Below are positions 52,548-63,904 of a DNA stretch of 64,000 bases, piece after piece. The notes below the pieces were generated by a model. The model ran no database searches, was not told the DNA's origin, and worked only from the letters and a program-made list of their open reading frames with translations. The stretch is from NCBI GenBank assembly GCA_025603075.1, contig MU626265.1, forward strand, positions 1 through 64,000. The letters run 5' to 3'. Each line of letters begins with the position of its first letter. Within the stretch, counting starts at the first letter, position 1. Position numbers and translations under genes: made by a program. The stretch comes from Neoconidiobolus thromboides FSU 785. Lineage: Eukaryota > Fungi > Entomophthoromycota.

Positions 52548-52656
52548 ATAAGGGGATGTATTTTTTGTGTTTAAAAATTTTATTAATAATTTTTCCGCTC
52601 AAATAGTACTTAAAAGATGGAAAAAGTAATGAAGTCAAAAAAATATGTCCTCATTG
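52548..52656 (-). mobile_element. MITE family 1 copy
   Basis: GGGGATGTATTTT...TTCCGCTCAAATAG...GAAGTCAAAAAAA; flanks eroded. Confidence 0.85.
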
Positions 52657-53012
52657 TAAATAAAGCTTATAAATAAAAACAAATTAAGAGATTGAATTAT
52701 ACGGGTTATTTTAGTTTGTTGATAATTGTATTACCAGATACCCTAACCATAAGTTATTATGATTTCCTTTGCTATATAGAATAATAGTGTTCAGCTTTAA
52801 AGCTATATAAAGCACAAAAGGCAATAACTAATATGAACTAAAACTAGTAGCTTTTGTAGATAAATATATATCTTGATAGGATATATAAAGACGTGGTATA
52901 TGTTTTGTTTAAAACTATGTAAAGTACAAGTTTGCCATATTTATATATTTATGTTAAAGTTATGGTTAAAAATAAGTACATGAATTTTGAAACCTAAAAT
53001 TTGAGCTGATTA

Positions 53013-53950
53013 TTAAGGATAATTTATTACTATAAGAAGGTCTAATTTAATAGTCTTTGAATGTAAAAATAAAGCAAAAGTAAAGTAGAGAAAGGCAATA
53101 ACATTGTTATCTTCTACCAATTTCACACCATCGTATTTAATGTTGATGTTGAAATAAGTGATATAACTACTTGATAACTTAATGCTCTTTAAATGCTTTA
53201 GATTGGTTAGATGTAATAATATCATTACTAAACGTTGTGTTAATTTCCTAGTATTTTATTGGTACTAAAGTTTATGTTCAAGATGATTTTGGAAGCATAA
53301 GGAGTTATAGCTTTGTTTAAATGTAGTATCTTCAATTTAACAAATTTCCTTTAAATGGTATTTAACCCATCAATATCTAAATTATATCTGAGTAATTTTA
53401 CTGTGCTTAATTTACTAGGATTCACCAACTTAACAGCTTTAATTCTTCAGTACTTCCATCAAGTTTGAATAACTCAAATTGATTTAACAATCCCAAGGAA
53501 TGACTGTGGCTATCTGAATATATGCTTATCTGACTTAATTTTAGGAATACAGCACTTGTATCACCATTATTGTTGGCACTATTATCAATGGTAGAAAAAC
53601 TGTTTCTATATTTATAATGCGTTAATTTTATATTTAAGCAATACTTCAAATAATGGAGATCAAAACAGATAAATTCAATTTTTCAGCAAAAATTCGTTTT
53701 CTTTAATGAATTTTCTTTGATATTGTCAATACTTATAAGATTTACTTTGGTCATAAAGTGTATAGCTCAAATTATGCTTGATAACCATACTTATAACCTT
53801 AAGCAAGTATTTACCTAGAAAACATAACTCAAGTAGCTCTTCTAGATTTAGCAGTTTCAAGGTGTCTTCTAATAGGATGTCAAATAATTCATCAAATTGT
53901 AACACCATATGAAATAGAATTAAAGAAACAAACAACTTGGTTCTTATCAT
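53013..53950 (-). pseudogene. Possible decayed F-box/leucine-rich-repeat gene
   Basis: Three same-strand fragments. The first resembles an F-box (ILLEDTLKLLNLEELLELCFLGKYL) and the last is LRR-like (LTNLKHLKSIKL). Confidence 0.35.
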
Positions 53951-54061
53951 GATCTTTCTAATTCACAATTATGATTTGAAACCAAAGTTATACATAGGTT
54001 GTTATGTAGGTATAGAAACTCTTAATTAAACTGCCGAATATTGCTTTTGTTTAGAGTCAAT

Positions 54062-54165
54062 AAATGAGGATGTTTTTTTGGTTTGATTACTTTCTCCGTT
54101 TTTTAAGGACTATTTGAGCGGAAAGATTGTTAGTAAAGTTCTACAAAAAAAATATATCCCCAAAT
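54062..54165 (+). mobile_element. MITE family 1 copy with AAAT/AAAT direct flanks
   Basis: AAAT-GAGGATG...ATATCCCC-AAAT. Confidence 0.88.
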
Positions 54166-54470
54166 AATGTTTAAATTAAGGTTGTTTAATGTATATGCGT
54201 CTTTATTGCTTTAGAAATCCAACTAAAAATTTCCAAATATTTAAATAATGGACAAAAATGAATGAAAAAAGATGGAATATGTAGTAATTAAACCTAAATC
54301 GTTCATATTAACAATATTTCATATGCTCATCTCAAGAATTCCTATATTTTATACCTAATATAAATACTATGTCGTATTACTATAGCAACTATTAAACCAT
54401 GAAGTAAAAGTACAAAATTGTTAATTTCAATTTATTATATACATAAAATAGAGTATAACAAGACATAAAC

Positions 54471-55913
54471 TTAATTTACATTTTCCTTCTTATCTTGATT
54501 TACGCTAGAATCGAACTCATTATTTAATTCAATATCGACTATTTCCTCTGTCTTTTCTACAAAACTTTTACCACTATTTTCTTTAGCAAAAAGGATTACA
54601 ATGAAGGTAAGAGATAAAGCACACCATAATACAACGGATTGAACCAATGCATAGTTTGGCCTTCCATCTGGAAAACGGAAACTTTCACCTAATGCAGCCT
54701 CAAGTTGAGCTGCACAAGAAGAAATCATATTACCAAATTGATAAGTTAAACCAGGAAAAGTACCACGTATAGATGGTGGGGAAATTTCAGTTAAAAAGGC
54801 TGGAACAATACCCCATGCTCCTTGAACGCAAAATTGAATTAAAAAGGCACCCAAAATTTGGACTCCATAAGAATTTACTCCAGCAAAACCCCAAACCGGA
54901 ACTATGAATAAGCCTATAAAACATATAAGAGCCATTGTACGACGACGGCCAAAATATTCGGAATACCATCCTATAAAGGTACCCCCTATGATGGCCCCTA
55001 CATTTTGAACGATTACTGTAATGGATGCTTGGGATGGTGTATATCCTAATTGAGCCTTAAGATAGGTTGGAAAAAGATCTTGTGAACCATGGGACATGAA
55101 ATTTAATGAAGTCATTAAAATTACAATATGGATAAACAGTAGCCAATGATTCTTAAACACTACTCCAGTTTGTTTAATCCATCCTTTGGCACTTGAGCCT
55201 CCACTATTATGTTGCTTTTCTTTCTCTTGCTTCCAAGCTTCAGATTCGGGTACGAAAAATCTAATTAAAATACATAACAAGGCTGGGAAACTACCAATGT
55301 AGAACAAAGCTCTCCATCCTAAACTTGGAAAAACTGCCCAATAAATCAAAGCTGCAAGTAAATAACCAGTAGCGTAACCTTGCTGTAATATACCCGAAAA
55401 TATACCTCTTGCCTCAGGTGGTAAAGTTTCCATAGCTAGAGAGGCACCTAAACCCCATTCACCACCCATGCATATACCAAAGATTGCTCTGACAGCAACG
55501 AATTGACCTAAATTAGTAACGAAACCAGTACAAAGACCCATTAAAGAAAACAAAATAATATCGACCATTAATGGTATTCTTCTACCAAACCTATCGGCCA
55601 ATAAACCAAAAATAATAGCACCAACTGGACGTAATAATAAAGTAAGGGTGATGCCCAAAGACATTTGGGTATCAGTATAACCTAAGTCTTTACCCATATC
55701 ATGTAATGATAAAGAAACTAAATGGAAATCAAAGGCATCTAACGACCAACCCATAAAAGCAGCAGCAAAAGTTAATGCTTGAGTACGATTTAAACTACCA
55801 AGGATGCGTAATGGATTTTTAACTGGTTTAGGTTTGGCAGTTATAAAACTATACCATCTTTCCCGCTTCTCTGCTTCCTCCACTTTCAATATCTCATTGT
55901 TAATTGTGCTCAT
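54471..55913 (-). CDS. JEN1: JEN1-like carboxylate:H+ symporter (MFS, sialate:H+ symporter family)
   Basis: 480 aa. DAFDF, LRPVGA, ADRFGRR, GGEWG, SGILQQGY and NFMSHGSQDLFPT motifs. Confidence 0.92.
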   Translation of the reverse strand: MSTINNEILKVEEAEKRERWYSFITAKPKPVKNPLRILGSLNRTQALTFAAAFMGWSLDAFDFHLVSLSLHDMGKDLGYTDTQMSLGITLTLLLRPVGAIIFGLLADRFGRRIPLMVDIILFSLMGLCTGFVTNLGQFVAVRAIFGICMGGEWGLGASLAMETLPPEARGIFSGILQQGYATGYLLAALIYWAVFPSLGWRALFYIGSFPALLCILIRFFVPESEAWKQEKEKQHNSGGSSAKGWIKQTGVVFKNHWLLFIHIVILMTSLNFMSHGSQDLFPTYLKAQLGYTPSQASITVIVQNVGAIIGGTFIGWYSEYFGRRRTMALICFIGLFIVPVWGFAGVNSYGVQILGAFLIQFCVQGAWGIVPAFLTEISPPSIRGTFPGLTYQFGNMISSCAAQLEAALGESFRFPDGRPNYALVQSVVLWCALSLTFIVILFAKENSGKSFVEKTEEIVDIELNNEFDSSVNQDKKENVN

Positions 55914-56388
55914 TTAAGCTAATAAAAAAGTCAATTTTTTTATTCTCCTTTTTCTCGGTGGCTTTTTATACTTTAAATTTTCCTATTTACATAATTTTAA
56001 AATTCCTAGTGAATTATGTGGGATAGCCTTATATAGTCAACTGTCTATTTAAACTTGATTGTAACAGTTTTGGAATGCTAAGTTGCTTTCTCATATTCAT
56101 TTTGCATAATCACACACTTACAAATTAGCTGCTTTGTGCTACTGATGATAGTCATTTGACTCCATACTTTATTAATTAGAATTCTAACTTGATCAGTCAT
56201 TTATAATTTACAAGTATTGTGTGGGATCTATTGAGATGTGAATGTTAAATTCAGGCTTTGTCTTAAACATTATGCTATTTTTGTTTGATGTTTACTTAAT
56301 AAAGATGAATTACTATAATGTTCATATCCGACTGCAAACCGGATAGTAACAACGGTTTATTGAATTATCAAAATATAACAAAATTTCG

Positions 56389-56441
56389 ATTTTTTATTTT
56401 TTTATTTTTTATTTTTTTATTTTTTATTTTTTTATTTTTTA
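56389..56441. repeat. Low-complexity tandem repeat (AT6AT7)n, about 3.5 units of 15 bp
   Basis: Alternating ATTTTTT and ATTTTTTT. Confidence 0.85.
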
Positions 56442-57626
56442 TAATATAAATTTAAGTTAGCATAACAATTAACTTATTTGTATTTAAAATTTTAAAAATA
56501 TATTTATATTTTATGCTGTAAAAATTTCAAGAATTTTTAAAATCTTCACCAAAAATTTCTAAAAATTTACTAATTTACTCCATTTTGGGCTAAATGAATG
56601 CTTTTGTGTCTTACTCAATTTAGTGATCGAATAAATCATCCTTAAAATAATAATGTTCATGTTTTGTTAACTGTATTACTTTATTGATGATTATTTATAT
56701 GTATATATTTTGTTCAATTATCAATATAATTTTTGTTTAATATTTATTGCTGTAGTTTTGAAATGCAGACTATTTGTACTAACATTAAAAAATATTTTTG
56801 AGTTGGACATCATTTAATCTTCCTATTTTTAGAAAAAAGATAGAACTGAGGATACTGTTCTATTCGCATGCAATATAAAAAACTTGAACTAATATATGTA
56901 AGTAATTAACAACAAAATACATAAATGAAGCTAGGATGTAGCTACTTTTATACAGTAAGAGTACATTTCGATTTTTGGTGACCAAAGATATTGTTAAATG
57001 AGTAAGAATATTCTTTTTAATACATATAATGAAATAATAATACTTTATCATGATAAAATCTGTTGCCTTGTATTATTTTTATCTGTATATCCCTTTTTTC
57101 TAGAACAATCAATTAGAACATAATTTTATTACTCACTTATAGTTATTATGTAGCATCAAAACATGAAGATCAAAACATAGATTATTTAAACTATTAACTA
57201 ATACTTTCTTATATTTAATGAAACGGTAATTAAATATAATAATATATATTTATAATATTGAATATATTTAATAAGTAGGTAGTTACTAAACTTTCAAAAT
57301 AAAATGTTAATATTAATAAAAAATTTAAAATTCATCTGATGAATCACCTTAACGATCATTAAATCAATTTCGCCGCTCATAGCCTGTTATATATATACAT
57401 ATATTCCACGGTCACGATACTTTTGACTTATTTAAATTGGAACTTACTCCCTAACTTGAGAACTTCTATCAGTTGAAATATTATTCATCTAGCTTAATTG
57501 CCAACATACTTAATTAAGTAAGTGTATATTTATTTTGATGCTAAATTATATATGTACTTGAATAGAAGTTTTAATCTTGTGTTTTTGTAATATTGAATGC
57601 TTTTTGAATTTCAGAAGTAAGGTAAG

Positions 57627-57731
57627 GTATGGCGGTATTTTTTTGATTTCATTGCTTTTTCCATTTTTCAAGCGTTATTTGAGTAGAATAATTGCTAGTA
57701 AAATTCTTAAACAAAAAAAACAACTCCATAT
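57627..57731 (+). mobile_element. MITE family 1 copy (diverged)
   Basis: GTAT-GGCGGTATTT...AAGCGTTATTTGAG...AACTCC-ATAT. Confidence 0.8.
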
Positions 57732-58157
57732 TGTAATATTTATTGTAGTAGATAAAAAGGTAATAATAACAAAACATGACATTGTATAAATATTATAGTA
57801 TAGTAATTAATAAATAATAGAAATAAAAGAAGTTTTTTTAACGATTATATACATTTATAGACTTTAAAAACCAAAATCATTTAATTTAGTTTAATTAAGA
57901 TTTATTTTTAATTCGATTTTGAAAGCTAAAATAAATATCGTAATATTATTTAAATTTAAATTATAATTCATATTTGATGTAAAAGTCAATTGTATAGTTT
58001 AGTTTTTGTTATAACTTATTTGATAAGAAACATACAGCTAAGCTAAAAATTGATGATATGGTTTAAAAGATATAAATTTCACAATAAATTGCCATTAACT
58101 TTATAAAAAAATCTATTTAAATTATCATGAATATGAGCAAAAGTTTATTATAAATAA

Positions 58158-59591
58158 TTAAATATCATCCTTCTTTTTATCGGTAACAGTATAATCAAAA
58201 GCATCCTTAAGTTCCATTTCTTTTTCAGATTCAGCTGCAACAAACTCTTTACCACTATTTTCCTTACATAAAAGCGCAATAATAAAGGTTACTGAGAGTG
58301 CACACCATAGTACAATAGATTGTATTAAGGCATAATTTGGATGTCCATTTTCCAATCGAAATTTTTCTGAGAAAGCAGCTTCAAGCTGACCAGCTGAAGC
58401 TGATATCATAGCACCTATTTGATAAGTTAATCCAGGAAAGGTACCACGTATAGAAGGTGGAGAAGATTCAGTTAAAAAGGCTGGCACTACGCCAAAAGCA
58501 CCTTGTATACAAAATTGTATCAAAAAGGCACCCAAAATTTGGATTCCATATGAGTGGACTCCAGCAAAGCCCCAAATAGGCACCATAAATAATCCTATAA
58601 AACATATCAAGGCAATACTACGTCGACGACCAAAATATTCGGAATACCAACCAACTAATATACCACCAATAATAGCACCAATATTTTGGACAATTACAGT
58701 AATAGATACTTGTGAAGGTGTATAATCTAATTGAGCTTTAAGGTAAGTTGGGAAAAGATCTTGAGAACCATGGGACATAAAACTAATGGAAGTCATAAAC
58801 AAAATCATTTGAATACATAATAACCAATGTTTTTTAAATACTATAGCAACATCCTTAATCCAACTTTTTGCACTTCCTCCAATCTTTTCTTTTTGTTTCT
58901 CTTTCTCTTGTTTCCAAGCTTCAGACTCAGGTACAAAAAATCGGATTATTATACATAATAAAGCTGGACAGCTACCAATATAAAATAAGGGTCGCCATCC
59001 AATATTTGGAAATACTGCCCAATAAACTAGGGCTGCTAATAAGTAACCAGCTGCATAGCCTTGCTGTAATATACCAGAGAATACCCCTCTTGCTTCCGCT
59101 GGCAAAGATTCCATAGCCAAAGAAGCACCTAAACCCCATTCGCCACCCATACAAATACCAAAAATTGCACGTATAATAATAAATTGAGTTAAATTAGTAA
59201 CAAAGCCAGTACATAAACCCATGACTGAAAATAATATAACATCAATCATTAAAGGTATTCTTCGTCCAAACCTATCAGCCAATAATCCAAAAATTAAAGC
59301 ACCAACAGGACGTAACAATAATGTCATTGTTATACCAGTGGACATTTCAGTATCACTATAACCTAAGTCTTGACCAATATCATGTAAAGCAAAAGAAACT
59401 AAATGAAAATCAAAGGCATCTAATGACCAACCTAGAAATGCAGCTGTAAAAGCTAAAGCTTGAGCTTTATTTAAACTACAAATGATTGAAAATGGATTTT
59501 GGACTGGCTTTGGTTTAGCAATTATAAAATCGTACCATCTCTCCCGTTTCTTTGCTTCTTCTACTTTTAATATTTCATTGTTTTTGCCCAT
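58158..59591 (-). CDS. JEN1: JEN1-like carboxylate:H+ symporter, tandem paralog
   Basis: 477 aa, colinear with 54471-55913; motif reads SFMSHGSQDLFPT. Confidence 0.92.
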   Translation of the reverse strand: MGKNNEILKVEEAKKRERWYDFIIAKPKPVQNPFSIICSLNKAQALAFTAAFLGWSLDAFDFHLVSFALHDIGQDLGYSDTEMSTGITMTLLLRPVGALIFGLLADRFGRRIPLMIDVILFSVMGLCTGFVTNLTQFIIIRAIFGICMGGEWGLGASLAMESLPAEARGVFSGILQQGYAAGYLLAALVYWAVFPNIGWRPLFYIGSCPALLCIIIRFFVPESEAWKQEKEKQKEKIGGSAKSWIKDVAIVFKKHWLLCIQMILFMTSISFMSHGSQDLFPTYLKAQLDYTPSQVSITVIVQNIGAIIGGILVGWYSEYFGRRRSIALICFIGLFMVPIWGFAGVHSYGIQILGAFLIQFCIQGAFGVVPAFLTESSPPSIRGTFPGLTYQIGAMISASAGQLEAAFSEKFRLENGHPNYALIQSIVLWCALSVTFIIALLCKENSGKEFVAAESEKEMELKDAFDYTVTDKKKDDI

Positions 59592-60116
59592 TGAAGTTTA
59601 TGTTGATAAACAAGGTAAAAAGTTTTTGTTTTTTATAATAACTCGAGTTCCTTTATATACTCATTTAATGACAATTGTTTCGTTTCAAGTTTTGGACTTT
59701 AAATTTAAGGTTCCTTATAAAGGCATTTACTCATTTACAAACTAAAATTTTGGATACATTATGCTATTTGGTCTATTTTTATCAAGTTAAATTTTATTTT
59801 TGTCAATTTTTAGCAATAATGAATTCAAGCCCATTGTCTAATTTAACTTTAAATAATAAAATTGAAAATCTCCTGCTATAAAAAGGGGATCGATGAACGG
59901 AGTGTTCAACCTAAAATAATAATTGCATAAATTAATAGCTATACAAAGATACATAATAATAGTACTACTGGGATTTGAAAATAAATTGTTCATAGTGTCA
60001 TGCATATTATGAAGTTTTATTTTTCGATAAAAGTACATTCTGTATCATTGCTTTTATGTACAGTTTTTCTAAATTTTAGCATAAAGACGCAACGTTTATC
60101 TTGTATTACTTGCAGC

Positions 60117-60220
60117 ATATAAAGATGTATTTTTTTGTTTAAGAATTTCACTAATAATATTTGTGCTTAAATAATGCTTGAAAATGCAAAAATCATGAAG
60201 CTAAAAAAATATCCCCATAT
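60117..60220 (-). mobile_element. MITE family 1 copy (diverged)
   Basis: ATAT-AAAGATGTAT...ATATCCCC-ATAT. Confidence 0.8.
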
Positions 60221-60560
60221 ATTTTTTGATTTTATCAAATTACCACACATTAGAAATTCTTATAAACAATAAACTAAGATAAAAAGACAAAGCTGTTGCA
60301 GCTCTATTGTAACCTAATTTGTAGCGATTTTTAGAGCCAATTGTTTATTATTCGAGTTTTTTGGATCCTGACCCTTAGATTTTAACTTAATTTTAGTTAA
60401 ATTTTACTGTAAAAATGAACAGTTAATTAAGTTGCAATAGAGTTGCAACTGTAATTATAATTTCATTTTAACAAATACCGCTTTTCTAACTAATGTTTTT
60501 ATATAATATTTTTATAGTATTTTTTATATAATTTTTTGAAATGATATTGAATAAGTATTT

Positions 60561-60665
60561 GTATGGTGGTGTATTTTTTTATTCAAGAATTTTATTAACA
60601 ATCTTTCTGCTCAAATAACGCTTAAAAATCGAAAAAGTGATGAGACCAAAAAAATATCCACATAT
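60561..60665 (-). mobile_element. MITE family 1 copy, sharing ATAT with the next copy
   Basis: GTAT-GGTGGTGTATT...ATATCCAC-ATAT. Confidence 0.82.
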
Positions 60666-60768
60666 GGGGATGTTTTTTTTGGTTTCATTACTTTCTCCAC
60701 CTTTTAAGCGCCATTTGAGCAGAAAAATTATTAGTAAAATCCTTAAACACAAAAATACATCCCCATAT
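60662..60768 (+). mobile_element. MITE family 1 copy
   Basis: ATAT-GGGGATG...ACATCCCC-ATAT. Confidence 0.92.
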
Positions 60769-60971
60769 ATTAAACTTTATCTTTTAAAATTTACTTATTT
60801 TATAAATATTATTTATAAATTAATAAATTATAGTTCTAAAATAAAAAAACTGAGTAAAAGTTTTGATTATTTAGCAAAATAACATTACATTTTTTCAACT
60901 TAAAAATTAAACTAAAATAATATTCTACAAAATTTATTAAATAGATTTATAACTAGTTCAAACTTTTAAGT

Positions 60972-61071
60972 AAGTAGGGATGTATTTTTTTAAAAATCTT
61001 ACTAAATTTTTTTCGCTCAAATAGCGCTTAAGAAATGGAAAAAGTAATGAAACCAAAAAATATCTCCAAAT
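60972..61071 (-). mobile_element. MITE family 1 copy
   Basis: AAGT-AGGGATG...TCGCTCAAATAGCGCTTAAG...TCTCC-AAAT. Confidence 0.85.
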
Positions 61072-62085
61072 GCATGGCTTTTTGCAAAAAGATCAAAATT
61101 TTTATTTAATTTTTTTACTTTATAACATCTTCATTTAAGCTATCAAATAATTTATTTAGTTATATAAATTTATGTGTAAAGTAACAGCTTATGATAATTA
61201 AATAAGCAGATTTTTCTTTCAAAATGTATATTTTTAAGTCATAATATTCAATGCTATTAGTATTGTGATTTTTTAATACTGTTAGAAAAATAAAGTTGTA
61301 GTTTAAAAAAACCTATTATATTATTATTACAGTCTGTTGCTTTGCACATAATTATTTAAAATAAATCAAATCATAAAAGTGTTATAGAGTAAAAAGGTCG
61401 GATAAAAGTTTTGATTACCATTTAGTAAAATACTTTTATGTTTATTCCAATTTAAGTTTAAATTGGAGTTATAAAATCGATCTAATAAGACAAACTGCAT
61501 AGAAAATTACTTAACCAGTTAAAGAAATGTTCCAGAAGATGGATTTAAGTTGTATAAATTATAACAGAGTAAACAACTTATCTAGCATGGTTAAGGGTGT
61601 AATCTTTGACAGGTCACTATCCTGTCTTTTATTAAGAGCATCGTTTAGTATAGCCTTAGCTTAACTACATATGTCAAAAAGTATATATAACTAATACAAA
61701 GTTAATAACATAGATATTCATACTATCAAATAGCATGTAAAAACAATATTTGATATATTTTTATTTTTATTGAACTTTATTTCGCCGCTTCTTATTTCGC
61801 CGCTTCTTGTTTCGAAGATAATCCCAAGCATTAAAATCTAGGAAGTTTTAAAGCAATTAGCCCAAAGCTTGATATAGAAAGTAAGTCTACGACCAACTAA
61901 AATTAATCAGTCTGATCTTTCAATTAAAGGGTTTTTATTATGGAGGTGCAGTTTAGACTTTCAGATTATGATTTTCTGGAAGCACAGTTTAAATTTTAAT
62001 CAAAAAGGTATATAATCGTGGTAATGTGAATCTGTTTCTATCAACAAATTCTATTTTTCCCAAAAGCTACAGTGCTCCAACGACC

Positions 62086-63396
62086 ATGTTACCGTTACTT
62101 ATCAGTAGTTTTATTATTGTAAACTTTTCAATAGCTAATGCTATTATGCTTGAAGAAGGAAATAAACAACAATTTACATGGATGGCCTATGGTGCTACAG
62201 TCAGAGTATGGGGAAAAAGAGGTACCTTTGGTGCCAACCGCTTAATTGCTAGAAAGGATCTTATGCGTATTGCTGCTAATGTTGCACGTTTTGAACCTGT
62301 AATCATGATTGTTAACGATTCAAAGGATAAAGCTGAAGCTAAAAAGTTCTTAGATCAAGTTGTCCTTGAACCTGTTAGTGCATTGTCTGATTCTTATGAA
62401 GATGGTGCTATTTTTACTGGTGGTAAATCGTTGCCCGAGATCCAACTTAGTAATATAAAATTTGTTATTCAACCTGTAGATGATCTATGGATTCGTGATA
62501 CAAGTGCTATTTTTGTTACCGATTCCAACCAGTTACTGTATGGTGTAAACTTTAATTTCAATGGTTGGGGTCAAAGTGATACTGGAGCCAAAGGATGGAA
62601 AGAAGACAAGAATAAGGCTGCTAATGGTATTCAATACCAGCCTATTGAAAACGATCAAAATATTGCTGATTTCACTATAAGTCAAACAAAAGCTATTAAA
62701 ATATCAACTTGGCTTGTTATGGAAGGAGGTGGTATTGAAGTAGATGGAAAAGGTACAGCTATATGTACCGAAAGTTGCATTGTTAATTCCAATCGCAATC
62801 CAGGGAAAACTAAGGCGGATATAGAGCTGGAACTTGAACGTACCCTTGGCGTCAAGAAGGTGTTATGGTTGCCAGGCGTTAAAGCTAAAGATATTACAGA
62901 TGGACACATTGATTTTTATGCACGTTTCTCTGGAAATGGGCACATTATCTATGCCTTAGATAATGATCCCAGCTCGCCTGATTACAAACCAACCTTACTT
63001 AACAAACAAATTTTACAGAACATTACTGATGTGTCTCAAAATAAGCTGATTCCAGTTCCATTAAACACACCTGACCTTTTACTAGTACGTTCAGCAGTTA
63101 CAGCAAGAAATGGTTGGAGTCGTAATAGTACCAACTTTAATAGTGATGGCTTTGCAGCAAGTTATGCTGGCTTCCATGCTGGTGAGAAATATGTATTAAT
63201 GTCTCAATATGGTGACCCTAATGCTGATCTCATTGCATTTAAAACTTTGAAGGATTTGTTTAAGGGTAAGTCGATTATACAAATCACGGTGGATGGGATT
63301 TCTAACGGTGGAGGTACAATTCATTGCTCTACCCAAGAATCCCCTTTAATACAAAGAAAGAAGAGTTGTCCAATTCGAAACGAACATTCTGATTAA
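62086..63396 (+). CDS. Agmatine deiminase / Porphyromonas-type peptidylarginine deiminase family protein with predicted signal peptide
   Basis: TWMAY, DDLWIRD, MEGGGIE, DGHIDF and GGGTIHC catalytic motifs. First ATG is at 62086 (the ORF track starts at an upstream GTG, 62026), followed by hydrophobic MLPLLISSFIIVNFSIANA. Confidence 0.9.
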   Translation: MLPLLISSFIIVNFSIANAIMLEEGNKQQFTWMAYGATVRVWGKRGTFGANRLIARKDLMRIAANVARFEPVIMIVNDSKDKAEAKKFLDQVVLEPVSALSDSYEDGAIFTGGKSLPEIQLSNIKFVIQPVDDLWIRDTSAIFVTDSNQLLYGVNFNFNGWGQSDTGAKGWKEDKNKAANGIQYQPIENDQNIADFTISQTKAIKISTWLVMEGGGIEVDGKGTAICTESCIVNSNRNPGKTKADIELELERTLGVKKVLWLPGVKAKDITDGHIDFYARFSGNGHIIYALDNDPSSPDYKPTLLNKQILQNITDVSQNKLIPVPLNTPDLLLVRSAVTARNGWSRNSTNFNSDGFAASYAGFHAGEKYVLMSQYGDPNADLIAFKTLKDLFKGKSIIQITVDGISNGGGTIHCSTQESPLIQRKKSCPIRNEHSD

Positions 63397-63398
63397 AT

Positions 63399-63504
63399 AT
63401 ATGGGGATGTTTTTTTTGACTTCATTGCTTTTCCATCCTTTAAGCGCTATTTGAGTGGAAAAATTGTTAGTAAAGCTCTTGAATACAAAAATACAGCCCC
63501 ATAT
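63399..63504 (+). mobile_element. MITE family 1 copy, 2 bp after the deiminase stop codon
   Basis: ATAT-GGGGATG...ACAGCCCC-ATAT. Confidence 0.92.
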
Positions 63505-63904
63505 GACCTTATTGCAACTTAAATCAACAAAATTAATAAAAAAAATTAAGTATCAAATTTTGAATTGGTTTTATGTTTTTTTAATTAAACTATTTACGCT
63601 AATTTTTTCTTTAACTTTTAAAAGTACATAAATGTATATGAACGTTAAAAGAATTGCTCTATTTTATTTTTCTAACATTACTTACAAACCACTGCTATTA
63701 TGTTAATGCATTGTTATTTTTATATACTTATTTGCTTCAATAATATAAAAAGTATTGAAATGATAATAACAGTAATGTTTTTATCTACATTGATACTTTG
63801 TCCTCTCTTTATGAAATGTGAAGGTTAGAAAATCTAACCTAAACTTTAAAACAGAAATAATATTCTCAAACAATTTATTAAAACAATAAGATATTTGTTT
63901 ATTC

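Noticed and set aside
59838-60038. Hydrophobic short ORFs (also 56860-57051) as membrane-protein relics
   Set aside because: Hydrophobic translations are expected from AT-rich DNA; no diagnostic motif.
61779-61813. 15-bp tandem duplication TTTCGCCGCTTCTT(A/G) upstream of the deiminase
   Set aside because: Only two copies; cannot be distinguished from replication slippage.
62086-63396. Lack of introns as evidence of horizontal transfer of the deiminase
   Set aside because: Clearly native genes here (GLT1, SNC1, MFS) are also intronless; only a phylogeny can decide.
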